Of a DNA stretch of 64,000 nt, positions 47,444 through 56,264 are shown one piece after another; position 1 is the stretch's first letter; each line of letters opens with the position of its first letter. A program made the position numbers and the translations under genes. The notes beneath the pieces were generated by a model. That model had not been told where the DNA came from and ran no database searches. It was given only the letters and a program-made list of their open reading frames with translations. The DNA is from Candidatus Thermofontivivens primus (lineage in GTDB: Bacteria; Sysuimicrobiota; Sysuimicrobiia; Sysuimicrobiales; Thermofontiviventaceae): NCBI GenBank assembly GCA_031458695.1, contig JAVKJW010000001.1:224001-288000 (forward strand), in the 5' to 3' direction.

Positions 47444-48340
47444 ATGGTGGCTGGGAAGCAGTGGAGTCGGCGAGTCAAGCGAGGAGGGGAGGTGGTGGCA
47501 TTCATCCTCCCCTTCCTCGCGCTGTGGACGCTCTTTCGTGTCGGTCCTGTCCTCTACGGGATCTTGATCAGCCTGTCTCACTGGGATCCCTTTGGCTCTA
47601 CGACTTTCGTTGGAGCGGAGAACTACCTGCGGTTACTCCGGGATCCGCGCTTCTGGGAGGCGCTAGGGAACACATTCGAGTTCGCCTCCCTGGCGGTCCC
47701 GCTCATTGTTTCCCTTGGCCTCGTCTTCGCCCTCCTCGTGTACGGTGCTCAGCGCATGCGTTGGGTGCGGGTCGTCGAGGCAGCCCTGTTCTTTCCTTAC
47801 CTGCTCACCGTCTCGATTGTGGGGTTGGTGTGGCGTTGGTTGTTTGATCCCGATTTCGGGATCGTGCGTATCACTGCGAAGCAGATGGGAGTGCACCTCC
47901 CCGTGTTCCTGAACGAGCCGCGCTGGGCCATCCCGGCGATCGCCTTCGCCACCACCTGGTGGCTCGTGGGCTATCGCATGGTCCTGTTTCGTGCTGCCCT
48001 GGAGGACATCCCAGTTGAGCTGTATGAGGCTGCACAGATCGATGGCGCGCGCTGGTATACACTGATCTTTGCCATTACGCTCCCTCTCCTGCGTCCAGCG
48101 ATCCTCTTCGCAGTTGTCCTTACCACGATTTCAGGGTTCACCGCTTTCGGTCAGGTGCTCATCATGACCCAGGGAGGTCCTGGGAGGGCCTCGGAGGTCC
48201 TGGCTCTCTACATGTACCGGATCGGATTCGATTACCTGGAGATGGGCCAGGCGGCCGCTGTGGGCGTCGTCCTGTTCGTCATCATGCTGGTTTTGACCCT
48301 TCTTTCCTTCCGCTGGCTGGGGTACGGCACAGAGCTATGA
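47444..48340 (+). CDS. Carbohydrate ABC permease
   Basis: FVGAENY, ELYEAAQIDGA, ITLPLLRP, MTQGGP. Confidence 0.93.
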   Translation: MVAGKQWSRRVKRGGEVVAFILPFLALWTLFRVGPVLYGILISLSHWDPFGSTTFVGAENYLRLLRDPRFWEALGNTFEFASLAVPLIVSLGLVFALLVYGAQRMRWVRVVEAALFFPYLLTVSIVGLVWRWLFDPDFGIVRITAKQMGVHLPVFLNEPRWAIPAIAFATTWWLVGYRMVLFRAALEDIPVELYEAAQIDGARWYTLIFAITLPLLRPAILFAVVLTTISGFTAFGQVLIMTQGGPGRASEVLALYMYRIGFDYLEMGQAAAVGVVLFVIMLVLTLLSFRWLGYGTEL

Positions 48341-49149
48341 GTGTGCGACGCTTCCTCTATGGTTTAGGATTAACGCTCCTCGCAACCCTGTGGATCCTGC
48401 CTGTGGTCTGGATGGTCTCCACTGCCATCAAGCCCACGCCCGAGATCTTTGCCCTTCCTCCAACCTGGATCCCGCGCCGGCTGACCCTTGAGCACATCCG
48501 AGTGGTGCTGGAGCGATGGCCGTTCCTGCGCTGGTTCTTCAACAGTGTCGTCATCTCCACCTCAAGCACTGCGCTCTCTTTGCTTGTCTCCATCCCGGCG
48601 GCGTTTGCCTTCGCCCGGTTACGGTGGTGGGGGCGTGACATTGTCTTCCTTGCCTTCCTCTCTTCTCTGCTGATCCCGCTAGAAGTGAACGTCATCCCCC
48701 TGTACTTCCTGATGAACCGCCTTGGGCTCCTCAACACCTACCCAAGCGTCTTCCTCCCCATTGCCGCCATGCCCATTGGTGTCTTCCTGCTGCGCCAGTT
48801 CTTCCTGAATATCCCGCAGGAGCTGGACGACGCCGCGCGGGTGGACGGATGTGGGAGTTTTCGGATTCTCTGGCACATCATCCTTCCTCTCTCACGTCCA
48901 GCGCTCGCGGCCATGAGCATCTACATGTTCATCTTCACATGGAATGAGTTCTTCTGGTCCATGATCGCCTTGCAAAAACCCACCATGCTTACCCTTTCTG
49001 TAGGGCTTCGCGCCCTCCAGGGTGCCTACGACATCGACTATGGGATCTTGATGTCTGGCTCAACTCTGGCGGCCCTTCCGGCCCTCGTTGTATACTTGTT
49101 CTTCCAGCGGTCCATCATCCGCGGGATTACCATGACATCGTATCGCTGA
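48337..49149 (+). CDS. Carbohydrate ABC permease
   Basis: RQFFLNIPQELDDAARVDGC, IILPLSRP, WNEFFW. Confidence 0.93.
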   Translation: MSVRRFLYGLGLTLLATLWILPVVWMVSTAIKPTPEIFALPPTWIPRRLTLEHIRVVLERWPFLRWFFNSVVISTSSTALSLLVSIPAAFAFARLRWWGRDIVFLAFLSSLLIPLEVNVIPLYFLMNRLGLLNTYPSVFLPIAAMPIGVFLLRQFFLNIPQELDDAARVDGCGSFRILWHIILPLSRPALAAMSIYMFIFTWNEFFWSMIALQKPTMLTLSVGLRALQGAYDIDYGILMSGSTLAALPALVVYLFFQRSIIRGITMTSYR

Positions 49150-49182
49150 GCCTATCTTTGGATTCTCGAGAAGGGAGCGACG

Positions 49183-50148
49183 ATGCGCATTGTGGCGAGG
49201 TATCGTATGACAAACCCATTGCCCACAGCCTTTTGCCATGGGGCGACGCTTCTTCCCTTAGAGAATGGAGATCTTCTGGGAGCGTGGTTTGGAGGGACAC
49301 GTGAAGGGCTGCCGGACTCAGGGATCTACCTCGCTCATCTCAAGGCGGGAGGAGAGGCCTGGGGTCCGCCTGCGTTGATTGCACCTGCCGATGGACATCC
49401 TTGCGGGAACCCTGTGCTCTTCCTGGGTGGGGCGGGGGCGATCTGGTTGGTGTACTTCCGCGTGTGGGGAGAATGGTGTACCGGAGGAAAGCCGTGCGGG
49501 AAGGTATCTCTGGATGGAGGGGAGAGCTGGGGAGAAGAGATGATCCTCCTGGATAGGGAAGGTGTCCTTACGAAGAACAAGCCCATCCGGGTTGGGGATG
49601 AGCTTTTGCTCCCCATCTACGATGAGATCCGCTGGCAAGCGGGGATCGCCAGGTTGGATGTGTCCCGTCACGATTTGCATTGGCGTTTCGGCGATCTCCA
49701 GATTGGTGCAGGGAGCGGTGTCCCCATGATCCAGGGAACGTTGGCTGAGCCTGAGCCGGGACGCCTCCTTATGCTCATGCGTACAAAGGTTGGGCGGATC
49801 TGGCAGGTGGAAAGCTTCGATGGAGGGTGGACCTGGGTGAACCTGAGGGCGACTTCCCTGCGGAACCCGAATTCTGGGATTGATATGGTCCGGCTTCCTC
49901 ATGGGCGCCTCTGGCTGGTCTACAACGATACAGACCTCGGGCGTGATCCGATGGAGTGGGAGCTCCGTTATCCGCTTTGCTTAGCGGAGAGTACCGACGG
50001 AGGCGCATCCTGGCGGAACATCTTCACCCTCGAGGAGGGGCCCGGGGAGTACTCCTATCCCGCCATTGTGACCGATGGAGCGGGCAGGGTGCATATCGCC
50101 TACACTGCGCTGCGGAAGGAGATCCGGCACATTGTGGTGGAACCCTAA
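49183..50148 (+). CDS. BNR/Asp-box beta-propeller (sialidase-like fold), no signal peptide
   Basis: Asp boxes SLDGGESW, SFDGGWTW, STDGGASW; AWFGGTREG, NPNSG, EYSYP. Confidence 0.82.
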   Translation: MRIVARYRMTNPLPTAFCHGATLLPLENGDLLGAWFGGTREGLPDSGIYLAHLKAGGEAWGPPALIAPADGHPCGNPVLFLGGAGAIWLVYFRVWGEWCTGGKPCGKVSLDGGESWGEEMILLDREGVLTKNKPIRVGDELLLPIYDEIRWQAGIARLDVSRHDLHWRFGDLQIGAGSGVPMIQGTLAEPEPGRLLMLMRTKVGRIWQVESFDGGWTWVNLRATSLRNPNSGIDMVRLPHGRLWLVYNDTDLGRDPMEWELRYPLCLAESTDGGASWRNIFTLEEGPGEYSYPAIVTDGAGRVHIAYTALRKEIRHIVVEP

Positions 50149-50169
50149 GAAGGGGAATGTCCCCTTTGT

Positions 50170-50550
50170 ATGCGTCCTGATATTCTTCTCATCATCCCTG
50201 ACCGGCGGCTACGGGCATTCATCTTGGCCGAGCTCGTTGAGGAGGGGTATGAGGTCGTCGCCGTTCCTACGGTGCGCCACGGGCGCTTTCTCCTCCACCG
50301 CGGGGAGAAACCAGGTCTCATCATTCTCGACCTTGGAAGCATCAAGGAGCCAGATACCGCAATCGAGCAACTCCGGGCCGCTGTCCAGGCACCTATCCTT
50401 GCAGCAGTTGGAATGGTGGATCAGGAGCGCGCACGGAGGTTGGGTCTGGATGAGACCATCACTCGCCCGTTCACCATCGCTCAGCTCGTCGCGCGTGTGC
50501 GTGAGCTCATTGGTCCACCTGCGCACTCCAGCATGGACAGAGCGACGTAG
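50170..50550 (+). CDS. Atypical single-domain response regulator receiver
   Basis: GYEV, LIILDL, ARRLG...ITRPF fold pattern; acidic pocket and Lys altered. Confidence 0.7.
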   Translation: MRPDILLIIPDRRLRAFILAELVEEGYEVVAVPTVRHGRFLLHRGEKPGLIILDLGSIKEPDTAIEQLRAAVQAPILAAVGMVDQERARRLGLDETITRPFTIAQLVARVRELIGPPAHSSMDRAT

Positions 50551-50634
50551 CGGGTCCTACAAGCTGGGTCATGAACCCGATCCCATTCCCTCCGCCTTCA
50601 CAGGAAATGGCCAAAGTTCCCCGCTGGATTGACT

Positions 50635-51492
50635 TCAGGGTAACGGCTTGAGGTTCCAGTGCCTGCCGTCGAGCACCGCCACGCTAGTGTAGCCCACATC
50701 CCGCAAGAGTGCGAGAGCCTCAGGAAACTGGGCTACGACATCGTCGGGTGTATGCGCATCGGAGGAGATGGTCACGGGGATGCCCAACTCGGAGGAGCGC
50801 CGGAGGATCCAGGGCGCCGGGTAAGGCTCCCCGTGCTCTGTACGCAGGCCAGCAGTGTTGATCTCCAGCACTAGCCCAGCCTCGCGAATGGCCTGGAGTG
50901 CCGTTTCCACGGAAGCCTTGTACCAGGGCGCGTCCTCGGGGAAGTAGCGGCCTTGGAAGTTCCACATCTTGATCTTGTCCAGGTGTCCGACGATGACGGG
51001 AAGCCCCCATTGCGGAGCAACCTCCGCCATGGCCACGACGTGGCGGTAGTACTCTTCCACGAGTGCCTGGATATCTCCGCGGTAGACCGCTTCCAGCTGG
51101 TGGGAGAAGGATTCTTCTGTCCAATCGATGGTCCAGGGGGCCCCAGAGGGATCACGCCCGACGAAGTGCACGCTCGCTACGACATAGTCAAGATGGTGCG
51201 AGAAGATATGCTGCTGGAAGGCGGTGCTTTGGGGGACGAGGTCCAGGGAGAGGTAGTCCAGCTCCACACCAAGCAGGATCTGGAGTCTCCCACGGTACAT
51301 TTCCTGTGCTGCACGGACCTCTGCGCAGTAGGCCGGGAGGGATTCCAGGGACATGTTCCACTCTGAGGGGAAGGGAACCGGGGCATGACAGGAGAGGCCG
51401 AGGGAATCAAGACCAGCTGCAATCGCTGCTTCGGCATACTCTACGGCCGTCCCTGACCCATCGCAGTAGTGCAGGTGGTTGTGGTAGCTCAT
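50635..51492 (-). CDS. PHP-family histidinol-phosphatase-like protein
   Basis: YHNHLHYCDG, SCHAP, GVELD, SVH, GHLD, EINT, SSDAH. Confidence 0.88.
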   Translation of the reverse strand: MSYHNHLHYCDGSGTAVEYAEAAIAAGLDSLGLSCHAPVPFPSEWNMSLESLPAYCAEVRAAQEMYRGRLQILLGVELDYLSLDLVPQSTAFQQHIFSHHLDYVVASVHFVGRDPSGAPWTIDWTEESFSHQLEAVYRGDIQALVEEYYRHVVAMAEVAPQWGLPVIVGHLDKIKMWNFQGRYFPEDAPWYKASVETALQAIREAGLVLEINTAGLRTEHGEPYPAPWILRRSSELGIPVTISSDAHTPDDVVAQFPEALALLRDVGYTSVAVLDGRHWNLKPLP

Positions 51493-51563
51493 GCTACCAT
51501 GATAGCGCAGGAGCGAGAGGATACACAAGGAGTGCCAGAGGAGTGGGACCTTTGACCCTGGTG

Positions 51564-51591
51564 TTGACAGGGGATCGGAGGGGGTTAAAAT
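51564..51591 (+). promoter_or_regulatory. Sigma70 promoter upstream of fmdB leader
   Basis: TTGACA-N16-TAAAAT. Confidence 0.7.
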
Positions 51592-51738
51592 AGGAAACAG
51601 GCTGTGCAGTCCCCTGCGTGTCCTGGGTAATTCCCAAGAATCCCGCCGGGGACAATACTCTTTTGAAGAGTGCGTGCGGCAGGGGTCGAGGCACTCTTCC
51701 GGGTAGTCTGGAGCACAGAGTGAAGGAGGAACCGGAGT

Positions 51739-51990
51739 ATGCCTATCTACGAGTACCGGTGTACCCAATGTGGGGCCCAGTTTGAGGTCTTTCAGAGCGT
51801 GCATGATGGCCCAGTTACGGCGTGCGAGCGTTGTGGTGGGCCAGTGAAGCGGGTCTACTCTCCCGTGGGACTTATCTTCAAAGGGCCAGGGTTCCATGTT
51901 ACAGACTACCGGAAAGGACCCAAGGAGGAGGGTACTAAGAAGGAAGAACGTGGGACATCTTCGGAAGACTCTCCCAAGAAGGACTCCTAA
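51739..51990 (+). CDS. FmdB-family zinc-ribbon protein
   Basis: MPIYEYRCTQCG...CERCGG...FKGPGFHVTDY. Confidence 0.92.
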   Translation: MPIYEYRCTQCGAQFEVFQSVHDGPVTACERCGGPVKRVYSPVGLIFKGPGFHVTDYRKGPKEEGTKKEERGTSSEDSPKKDS

Positions 51991-52000
51991 GGGATCATAC

Positions 52001-52050
52001 GGGCAAGGCGGGCATGGCCCTCATCTGGCCATGCCCGCCTTGCTCTCTTT
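52001..52050 (+). terminator. 19-bp hairpin after fmdB
   Basis: GGGCAAGGCGGGCATGGCC-ctcatct-GGCCATGCCCGCCTTGCTC followed by TCTTT. Confidence 0.7.
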
Positions 52051-53848
52051 AGGGGCAATTTTCGTTCTTGCCCTGTTATGGCCCCCCTCGTCAAGCGCTC
52101 AAACCTCGCCTTTGGTCTCTCTCCGCATCGGGTTTGATGGCTATGTGGTGCCGGGAAGCTGGGTCCCCCTAGCGGTACGCGTTGACCCAGGAGAGAAGGG
52201 GATCGATGGAGAGGTCATGGTGGAGACGCGGGAAGGAAGCCGAGCGAACCCCTCCCTGACTCGATACCGGTGGCGCCTTAAGATTCCCCCAGGGGGCGTC
52301 TTTCAATTTTCCCATGCCATCCCTTATACCGACGCTCGCTGGCCAGTGCGGGTCGAGGTCCGGTCTGGGCGCACGGTCGTATTTCAAGAGGAGGTCCGCC
52401 CCCATCCTGTAGAGAGCCTTGTGGTCGTCCTCTCCAGGGTGCGGGAAGGAGTAGGAGCGGTGGGGAGCCCTCCCCCAGTAGTGGTCTATGTTCGGGAGGA
52501 GGACCTTCCGGTGCACCCCTGGGCCTATGAGGGGGTGAGGCTTCTCGTGATCCATGACCTCTCCAGTCGCCGCCTTGACGAGGATCGCCGTCGTGCCCTC
52601 TTGAGCTGGATCGCGCAAGGGGGAAGGGTACTCATAAGCACGGGAGAATCGCTCGGTAGGATCGATTGGGAACCTCTCCAGTCCGTCTTACCCGCAATCC
52701 CCACGTCCACAAGGTACATTCCTCCTCGCGCCCTCGCTGCCCGGTATGGGGAAGTCTTCCCGCATCCCCTCCCTGTTGCCCAATTGATGCGGCTTCCCGG
52801 TTCCACTGTGTCTCTTTCGGAGGGGGGGATCCCCCTGATGGCAGAGAGGCCGCTGGGAAGGGGACGTGTCGTGATGTGGGCGTTCGACTACCTCGATCCC
52901 TCCTTCCTCCGGTGGCCGGGGAGGTTCTCCCTGTGGAAGGAAGTCCTCCAGGATCCGCCTCGTCTCAGGAGGATCCTGATTCCAGAAGTAACCGAGATCC
53001 TTCCCTCTTCTCAACCTCTTCCCCGTGGGGTTCTCCTGGGACTTGGCCTCGGGATGATTTCGTACATCGGTGTGATCCGCTGGTTGATGCGGAGGTTCGC
53101 ACCACTCCATGGCTGGTGGCTTGGACTGCTCCTTGCTGCAATCGTCTTCAGCGGGGGATTTTGGACGGGAAGCGCGGTACTCAGGTCCCGGAGCGTCTCC
53201 CTCGCCTGGGCGACCACCTTGGAGGCAGAGGGAGAATCCAGGGTTGCCGTTCTCGCCTCCTACCTACGCTGGATCGGTCCCCCAGGCAGGCGGAACGAAA
53301 TCCTCCTTCCTCAAGCCTTTTCCTTTCTCCGCCTCCTTCCCCCGGGTTCTATCGAGGTCAAGGTTGAGCCGGAAGGAGTGAGGGTCCAGACTAGTGGACG
53401 CCTGACGACCCTAGAGATGACAGGGATCGCTCCCCTCCCCTTTGATGGGTGGGTTCAAGAGGTGCGAGGGGCGCTTGAGGTCTGGGTTACCAATCGGTTG
53501 TCGCAGGCGTTAGAAGATCCCCTCCTGGTTTTCCAGGGAAATGTACAGCGCCTTCCTTCCCTCCCTCCAGGGGAGGGACGCTGGTTGACGAGTTCGGGGC
53601 GGTGGCTTCCGTTCGACTTCGCAGGGGATGAAAGAGCGCTAGGGCAGACTCCCTCGGAGATAGGGCTCCTCCGGTGGACCTTTCCACGGCTCTCTGGCAG
53701 TGCTACCATAGAGGAAAGGGGCGTTCCTTTTCTGCTGGGATGGATAGATCCCCATGCGCTGGGGGTGGATCTCTCCACGGAACCTCCCTCTCTGTGGGGG
53801 AAGCCTCCTGGACGGGTACTCCTGATCCTCCAGCTTCCGTGGAGGTAG
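52031..53848 (+). CDS. Exported/membrane hypothetical protein with possible GATase-like domain
   Basis: Signal peptide ...SSSA/Q; GFDGYVVPGSWVP; WIAQGGRVL; two TM helices; start uncertain. Confidence 0.7.
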   Translation: MPALLSLGAIFVLALLWPPSSSAQTSPLVSLRIGFDGYVVPGSWVPLAVRVDPGEKGIDGEVMVETREGSRANPSLTRYRWRLKIPPGGVFQFSHAIPYTDARWPVRVEVRSGRTVVFQEEVRPHPVESLVVVLSRVREGVGAVGSPPPVVVYVREEDLPVHPWAYEGVRLLVIHDLSSRRLDEDRRRALLSWIAQGGRVLISTGESLGRIDWEPLQSVLPAIPTSTRYIPPRALAARYGEVFPHPLPVAQLMRLPGSTVSLSEGGIPLMAERPLGRGRVVMWAFDYLDPSFLRWPGRFSLWKEVLQDPPRLRRILIPEVTEILPSSQPLPRGVLLGLGLGMISYIGVIRWLMRRFAPLHGWWLGLLLAAIVFSGGFWTGSAVLRSRSVSLAWATTLEAEGESRVAVLASYLRWIGPPGRRNEILLPQAFSFLRLLPPGSIEVKVEPEGVRVQTSGRLTTLEMTGIAPLPFDGWVQEVRGALEVWVTNRLSQALEDPLLVFQGNVQRLPSLPPGEGRWLTSSGRWLPFDFAGDERALGQTPSEIGLLRWTFPRLSGSATIEERGVPFLLGWIDPHALGVDLSTEPPSLWGKPPGRVLLILQLPWR

Positions 53849-53859
53849 GAAGCGAGAGC

Positions 53860-54585
53860 GTGTGGAACGCGGTGGCACGTGGAGACCTCCGGGCGAGGAG
53901 GCAGAGTTCCAAAAGTGTGGGACTCGTGACCTTTTCCCTTGCCCTCCTCGCCGCGACCATCTTGCTGCTCGTCCCCCAAGAGCTTGAGGGCGACTCTCGG
54001 ATTCATCTTGACGCTCCCTACCTTCTCCTAGCGATCCAGATGGCCCTGTTTAGCTATCTGATTTCCGCGAGTGCGTGCGGAGAGATCGCGATCGAGGGGG
54101 AGAAAACCATCTGGGATCTTGCGGGGACAAGGTTTCCTCCCCGGGTGATCGTGTACGGGAAGATGACGTCGTCCCTGCTTTCCTGCCTCACGCTCCTCGT
54201 CATGGCAGCGCCTTTCCAAGCCCTCGTTGTGGGGCTCACAGGCGCTTCACCCGCCCTGCTTTTCGTGGGGTGGCTCTTGACGCTGGCAATCGCATGGACG
54301 GGGGCAGCGGTCGCCCTCTGGGGGATGACCCTCAGAGAATCCGAAGCGCTTCGCTCGCTTGTCCATTGGGCATGGCTTGGGACGGTTCTCCTTCTCAGCG
54401 CGGTTTTCCCCGCCCCCTGGCGTCTCCTCAACCCATTCCGCGCCCTTCGGGATGCGTTCGATGGCGGGTGGGCGTGGATCGGTTCCCTGGGAAGCTATAT
54501 GGTGCTGAGCCTTGTGTTTTTGGAGTGGGCGAGATGGCGCTTGCAACGCTGGAGGCGATTGGATGAGCATCTCCGAGAGGGGTAG
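53860..54585 (+). CDS. ABC-2-type permease-like membrane protein
   Basis: EIAIEGEKTIWDL...IVYGK; about six TM segments; LLNPF. Confidence 0.65.
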   Translation: MWNAVARGDLRARRQSSKSVGLVTFSLALLAATILLLVPQELEGDSRIHLDAPYLLLAIQMALFSYLISASACGEIAIEGEKTIWDLAGTRFPPRVIVYGKMTSSLLSCLTLLVMAAPFQALVVGLTGASPALLFVGWLLTLAIAWTGAAVALWGMTLRESEALRSLVHWAWLGTVLLLSAVFPAPWRLLNPFRALRDAFDGGWAWIGSLGSYMVLSLVFLEWARWRLQRWRRLDEHLREG

Positions 54586-54661
54586 GTGGCTTCAGCGAAG
54601 TCTCCGTTCCAGAGCTTCCTGGGGAATTGGGAATTTCCACAGGGGAGGAAGAAGAGGGGGC

Positions 54662-56236
54662 ATGCGCGCTCTCTGGAGGAGCGCTTCGCATGGGCATCTC
54701 TCGCAGCGCCTCCTGGAGAAGCTTCAGCCTGTGATCTGGAGGATTCAGTGGGCCCGTGCCCTGGAAGCCATGGTCTTCCTCCAGCTCGTGGGGATCCTCC
54801 TAGTGGCTGGAACTCTTCTCCTCCAACTCGTTCTCCCCATCGACCTGTCCACCTCTTTGCTGGTCGCGATTGCGCTTCTCGGCGGGGGGTTGGTCGGGGT
54901 GGGATATGGATGGGCCCAGCGCCCCAGTTTATTTGAAGCCGCCGTCCTCCTGGACCGCCGCCTCGGGCTTCACGAGCGCATGGCGACGTTGCTGGAACTC
55001 TCGCTGACCCATCCCTCTTCACCGTTTCTGGCTCCCCTCCAAGCCGACGCCCTCTCCCACGCAGAACCTCGGGAGGTCGCAAAAGCCTTTCCCATCCGCA
55101 TTCCCAGAAGGACTCCATGGCTCATCCTTTCCCTCGCTGGGGTCCTGGCGTGGGAGCTGACCATGGCAGGACTGACCATCCCTGGTACCGTTGCGTCCCA
55201 GATCGCCCAGAGGATCCGGGAGGAGGGGAAGGTGCTGGAACAAGTGGCGAGGGAGATGGAACGAAGGGGGAGAGTTGAGGTCCTCCCAGAGACGCGGCGT
55301 CTTTCTCAAAAGCTTTCTGAGCTCGGAAGGAAGTTCCAAAAAGAGCGCTTGGAACGCGTTGACGCGTTGGCGAAGATCAAAGAGCTTACCCGTGAGATCG
55401 AGGCGACCCGTATCCGCCTCGAAGAGCGCCTCAAAGCCGAGGAGCTTGGCCCTCGCCAGGAACCGTCTGGAGATCTCCTCCGGCGCTTGGGATCTGTCTC
55501 CCGCAGGATCCGGTCCATCAGGGAGGGAATCGCGCCCTTTGAAGAGCGGGGGACGGGAAAGGACCTCCGAAGCCTCCTCAGTAGCCTGGACGAGCTGCAG
55601 CAGGAGGAGAACGGTCTTCCACAAGGCCTTCTCCAAACCCTCGAGGAAGCCCGCCGCAAGCTTTCAGAAGGAGACTGGCAGGGTGCAGCAAGGAGCCTGG
55701 AGAGCGCAGAGGAAAGGGCCACGGCTCTCCACCGTTTGCTTTTGGACGAGGAAGGACTCACCCAAGCGCACAGTCAGCTTCAGCGCTCCGCCGAGAACAT
55801 CGCGCGGGGAGGGGGTGGGGAGAGCCCTATGGAGGCACGCTCCCCCCACGATCGAGGAGAAGGGAAACCACCGCGTAGCCGATCCCCCGGGTTGGATCAA
55901 GGAGCTCCTGGGGAGCAGGAGCCGGTTCCTCCCTCCCTTGGTCCATACACGGGAACGGAACCAGGGACGGGGCGGGTGGTGGAGTTCACAGGGCCTCCGA
56001 CACCTCGCTTGAGAACGCCGAAGGCTCCACTCCAGCTTCGCGGGATCCCCGGGGAAGGAAAATCCAGGTGGACGGAGGTTGCGGGGAAAGGAGAGGAGTC
56101 TCGAAGCGTGCGGATCCCGCGCAGGGCGATCGTTGGAGCGATCCAGGAGGCTGACCGGTATATGGAGCGGGCGCGCGTTCCAGCTCCCTTCCGGGAGGTC
56201 GTCCGCAGGTACTTCCAGGAGCTGGCGCGCTGGTGA
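54662..56236 (+). CDS. Membrane-anchored coiled-coil hypothetical protein
   Basis: N-terminal TMs, LDRRLGLHER, long coiled coil, G/P-rich linker, C-terminal VPAPFREVVRRYF. Confidence 0.75.
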   Translation: MRALWRSASHGHLSQRLLEKLQPVIWRIQWARALEAMVFLQLVGILLVAGTLLLQLVLPIDLSTSLLVAIALLGGGLVGVGYGWAQRPSLFEAAVLLDRRLGLHERMATLLELSLTHPSSPFLAPLQADALSHAEPREVAKAFPIRIPRRTPWLILSLAGVLAWELTMAGLTIPGTVASQIAQRIREEGKVLEQVAREMERRGRVEVLPETRRLSQKLSELGRKFQKERLERVDALAKIKELTREIEATRIRLEERLKAEELGPRQEPSGDLLRRLGSVSRRIRSIREGIAPFEERGTGKDLRSLLSSLDELQQEENGLPQGLLQTLEEARRKLSEGDWQGAARSLESAEERATALHRLLLDEEGLTQAHSQLQRSAENIARGGGGESPMEARSPHDRGEGKPPRSRSPGLDQGAPGEQEPVPPSLGPYTGTEPGTGRVVEFTGPPTPRLRTPKAPLQLRGIPGEGKSRWTEVAGKGEESRSVRIPRRAIVGAIQEADRYMERARVPAPFREVVRRYFQELARW

Positions 56237-56264
56237 GGCATCCGCCAGAGAGGAGGCAGGACCT

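Noticed and set aside
36775..51500. Possible genomic island integrated at tRNA-Gln
   Set aside because: No integrase or transposase, and I found no duplicated tRNA 3' end
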